DNA of 64,000 nucleotides from Escherichia coli (GTDB lineage Bacteria; Pseudomonadota; Gammaproteobacteria; Enterobacterales; Enterobacteriaceae): NCBI RefSeq assembly GCF_003790525.1, contig NZ_CP033635.1; one strand, 5' to 3'. Shown piece by piece: positions 59,376 to 64,000 of this stretch (position 1 is its first letter; each line of letters starts with the position of its first letter). The notes under the pieces were generated by a model. It saw only the letters and a program-made list of their open reading frames with translations, ran no database searches and was not told where the DNA came from. The position numbers and the translations under genes were made by a program.

Positions 59376-59915
59376 TCAATAAAAATAATTATTAAAATGA
59401 TCGGGTGAAAAAAAGAGAATTTGCCAACAATCTGAAGTAATGCTGGTTTTATTAAAGTGCGCAGGAGGTGTTAAGATGGCTTCTTTTCGGGTGAATTTTG
59501 CACAATACTTAGAAATCGTCTCCTTAATACATTCCAGCTCTTTTTTATTGACGGCTGAGCAAATACATTGTTCACCAAAAGGTGCAAAAGTGCCTACATC
59601 TAATGTTTGTATGATATAATCGTCATGTTCTCCTGTAGAAATATCTATGATGAATGGACTCATATTTTCCGGTTGGATTCGGATCATGACAGAAGGAATA
59701 TCGCCTTGATAGAAATTCAATGCAGTAATTGCAGATAATACTCTCCGCAGTTCATTACTTATACTGTATATTTTATTAACGTCATTGGTGGAGACAATTT
59801 CTGCAAACTTTCTTTTTACCGTCCAATAATCAATATTTCTGTTGTGATTGTTAACCACTGCGTGCATTGGCGGGATTGAAGGGTGAAAAATATGTGCAAT
59901 TGGGAAGCCTTTCAT
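59376..59915 (-). CDS. yhaB: Protein of unknown function YhaB
   Basis: ORF extends to 59975 (199 aa); start at 59915 (MKGFPIAHIFHPSIPPMHAVVNNHNRN..., 179 aa) chosen from memory of the K-12 protein length; start uncertain. Confidence 0.55.
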   Translation of the reverse strand: MKGFPIAHIFHPSIPPMHAVVNNHNRNIDYWTVKRKFAEIVSTNDVNKIYSISNELRRVLSAITALNFYQGDIPSVMIRIQPENMSPFIIDISTGEHDDYIIQTLDVGTFAPFGEQCICSAVNKKELECIKETISKYCAKFTRKEAILTPPAHFNKTSITSDCWQILFFSPDHFNNYFY

Positions 59916-60170
59916 TGATGCCTGCCTTGTCATCATGACAAACAATAATAGATGCTTATTTTCCTCGCACGGCACTTTCGCACTATCAAAAAACGCTCAT
60001 TTACCCGGCATTACAGTAAACGAAGCAACATTCTGTGGCCTACGCCGATCAAAAGCTCTGTGAAAATTCCCCTTGTTGTCTTTGGCTGACCTTATCGCGG
60101 CGACCAGCAATTATTCGTTTTGTGATCCTCAACACAAAATGCTATTCGTCACCTATGAGGGGAGAAGAAT

Positions 60171-60389
60171 TTATGGAAAACGATTGCATTCACAAAATGA
60201 CGTCCTGTCATGAGGGAGAAAGTTGACGTTAATCAATTGTTCGAGATGATCAATACCTGTATTCGAAATTTTAAAATATTGATAAAATAAATGTTTGTTC
60301 TCCAACAAATAGCGTGAAAAAATGTGACGTGCCGCATTATTTATCGCTGAAAATGGTTTATTTATAATAAAATTTGAGAACTTGCTCAT
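60171..60389 (-). CDS. tdcR: Small tdc-operon regulatory protein TdcR
   Basis: 72-aa ORF MSKFSNFIINKPFSAINNAARHIFSRYLLENKHLFYQYFKISNTGIDHLEQLINVNFLPHDRTSFCECNRFP, divergent from tdcA; the ORF continues upstream in frame to 60527 (118 aa). Confidence 0.55.
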   Translation of the reverse strand: MSKFSNFIINKPFSAINNAARHIFSRYLLENKHLFYQYFKISNTGIDHLEQLINVNFLPHDRTSFCECNRFP

Positions 60390-60619
60390 TAAATTTAACT
60401 CAAATTTTGCCTGGTAATTATCCGGTAATTGCTTGAAATATGGTCTCAGCCCCTTTTTTGTATTAACCACATAACGAATGATGTTATCGCCATAAAATAT
60501 GGTTATCCCCGTCATTTTTTTTGACAAAAATCAGGGTTTATGCTGATTTTTATACTTTAACTTATTGATATATAAAGATATTTAATTGAAATAACGATGC
60601 CCTGGAATGTATTGAAAGT

Positions 60620-60645
60620 TAATTTGTGAGTGGTCGCACATATCC
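60620..60645. promoter_or_regulatory. Putative CRP site in tdc promoter
   Basis: TGTGAgtggtcGCACA (60625-60640) resembles TGTGA-N6-TCACA, in the AT-rich region about 70 nt upstream of tdcA ATG. Confidence 0.45.
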
Positions 60646-60703
60646 TGTTCATTTCATTTTGATACACTTCATGCCGTCAATGAGGTAATTAACGTAGGTC
60701 GTT

Positions 60704-61642
60704 ATGAGCACTATTCTTCTTCCGAAAACGCAGCACCTGGTAGTCTTTCAGGAAGTCATTAGAAGTGGCTCTATCGGCTCGGCTGCAAAAGAATTAGGGT
60801 TAACTCAACCGGCCGTCAGTAAAATCATTAACGATATTGAAGATTATTTTGGCGTGGAATTAGTGGTGCGGAAAAATACCGGTGTAACATTAACACCTGC
60901 CGGTCAATTGTTACTCTCCCGTTCCGAATCCATTACCCGTGAAATGAAAAATATGGTTAATGAGATAAGCGGTATGTCTTCTGAGGCGGTGGTGGAAGTC
61001 TCATTTGGTTTTCCTTCATTGATTGGTTTTACTTTTATGTCAGGGATGATCAACAAGTTCAAAGAGGTGTTCCCGAAAGCGCAGGTTTCTATGTATGAAG
61101 CGCAACTGTCTTCGTTCTTACCGGCAATCCGCGACGGTCGACTTGATTTTGCGATTGGTACGTTAAGCGCAGAAATGAAGCTTCAGGATTTACATGTTGA
61201 GCCGCTGTTCGAGTCCGAGTTTGTGCTGGTAGCCAGTAAGTCCCGAACATGCACCGGCACCACCACGCTGGAGTCGTTGAAGAACGAACAGTGGGTGTTG
61301 CCACAAACCAATATGGGATACTACAGCGAGCTGCTCACCACGTTACAAAGAAATGGCATCAGTATTGAAAACATCGTTAAAACCGACTCAGTCGTGACAA
61401 TTTATAATCTTGTTCTCAATGCTGATTTCTTAACTGTAATTCCATGTGATATGACATCACCTTTTGGTTCTAATCAATTTATTACTATTCCGGTTGAAGA
61501 AACATTACCTGTGGCACAATATGCCGCGGTATGGTCGAAAAATTATCGTATTAAAAAAGCAGCATCGGTTTTGGTGGAATTAGCCAAAGAGTATTCATCT
61601 TATAATGGGTGTAGACGAAGGCAATTAATTGAAGTTGGTTAG
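60704..61642 (+). CDS. tdcA: LysR-family transcriptional activator of the tdc operon
   Basis: 312-aa ORF MSTILLPKTQHLVVFQEVIRSGSIGSAAKELGLTQPAVSKIINDIEDYFGVELVVRKNTG... (N-terminal HTH). Confidence 0.93.
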   Translation: MSTILLPKTQHLVVFQEVIRSGSIGSAAKELGLTQPAVSKIINDIEDYFGVELVVRKNTGVTLTPAGQLLLSRSESITREMKNMVNEISGMSSEAVVEVSFGFPSLIGFTFMSGMINKFKEVFPKAQVSMYEAQLSSFLPAIRDGRLDFAIGTLSAEMKLQDLHVEPLFESEFVLVASKSRTCTGTTTLESLKNEQWVLPQTNMGYYSELLTTLQRNGISIENIVKTDSVVTIYNLVLNADFLTVIPCDMTSPFGSNQFITIPVEETLPVAQYAAVWSKNYRIKKAASVLVELAKEYSSYNGCRRRQLIEVG

Positions 61643-61740
61643 TTATTTGTTTTTATTTAAACATAAATAATCCACCTGTCTGTTTTGCAGGTGTCGGTTA
61701 CGGTTACCTACATATTTAATTCAGGCTAAGAGGTTTTATA

Positions 61741-62730
61741 ATGCATATTACATACGATCTCCCGGTTGCTATTGATGACATCATTGAAGCAAAACAACGA
61801 CTGGCTGGGCGAATTTATAAAACAGGCATGCCTCGCTCCAACTATTTTAGTGAACGTTGCAAAGGTGAAATATTCCTCAAATTCGAAAACATGCAGCGTA
61901 CGGGTTCATTTAAAATTCGTGGCGCATTTAATAAATTAAGTTCACTGACCGATGCGGAAAAACGCAAAGGCGTGGTGGCCTGTTCTGCGGGCAACCATGC
62001 GCAAGGGGTTTCCCTCTCCTGCGCGATGCTGGGCATCGACGGTAAAGTGGTGATGCCAAAAGGTGCGCCAAAATCCAAAGTAGCGGCAACGTGCGACTAC
62101 TCCGCAGAAGTCGTTCTGCATGGTGATAACTTCAACGACACTATCGCTAAAGTGAGCGAAATTGTCGAAATGGAAGGCCGTATTTTTATCCCACCTTACG
62201 ATGATCCGAAAGTGATTGCTGGCCAGGGAACGATTGGTCTGGAAATTATGGAAGATCTCTATGATGTCGATAACGTGATTGTGCCAATTGGTGGTGGCGG
62301 TTTAATTGCTGGTATTGCGGTGGCAATTAAATCTATTAACCCGACCATTCGTGTTATTGGCGTACAGTCTGAAAACGTTCACGGCATGGCGGCTTCTTTC
62401 CACTCCGGAGAAATAACCACGCACCGAACTACCGGCACCCTGGCGGATGGTTGTGATGTCTCCCGCCCGGGTAATTTAACTTACGAAATCGTTCGTGAAT
62501 TAGTCGATGACATCGTGCTGGTCAGCGAAGACGAAATCAGAAACAGTATGATTGCCTTAATTCAGCGCAATAAAGTCGTCACCGAAGGCGCAGGCGCTCT
62601 GGCATGTGCTGCATTATTAAGCGGTAAATTAGACCAATATATTCAAAACAGAAAAACCGTCAGTATTATTTCCGGCGGCAATATCGATCTTTCTCGCGTC
62701 TCTCAAATCACCGGTTTCGTTGACGCTTAA
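61741..62730 (+). CDS. tdcB: Catabolic L-threonine/L-serine dehydratase (PLP-dependent)
   Basis: 329-aa [65 protein letters not shown]... (PLP lysine in SFKIRG). Confidence 0.95.
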
Positions 62731-62748
62731 TTAATTCGTTGAGGATAG

Positions 62749-64000
<1,252 letters not shown>

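Overview
This 64 kb window is a densely coded, well-known stretch of an Escherichia coli-type chromosome, and I did not find a convincing previously undescribed system in it. Gene identities come from my recognition of the translated ORFs, not from a database search. The order matches the K-12 obgE-to-tdcC region read in reverse: obgE (3' part), dacB, greA, yhbY, rlmE, ftsH, folP, glmM, secG, tRNA-Leu, yhbX, argG, tRNA-fMet, rimP-nusA-infB-rbfA-truB, rpsO, pnp, nlpI, yrbN/deaD, mtr, yhbW, ubiV-ubiU / ubiT-yhbS, yhbQ, yhbP, yhbO, yraR, yraQ, dolP, diaA, yraN, lpoA, rsmI, the aga/kba GalNAc cluster, agaR, prlF-yhaV, garD / garPLRK, rnpB, yhaC, yhaB, tdcR, tdcA, tdcB and the start of tdcC. Every gap over about 150 bp is accounted for by promoters, terminators, REP elements or operator arrays. 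There is no CRISPR array, rRNA, IS element, integrase or prophage remnant. The most notable points are strain-level differences from the K-12 arrangement as I recall it: the aga cluster is intact (agaE, agaF, full-length agaW and agaA), and there is no yraHIJK fimbrial operon between rsmI and agaI. Other points worth a second look are the low-GC yhaB-yhaC-tdcR segment next to rnpB and its terminator-bearing tandem repeats, the low-GC yhbX gene beside tRNA-Leu, and the 26-codon yrbN ORF whose stop overlaps the deaD start.
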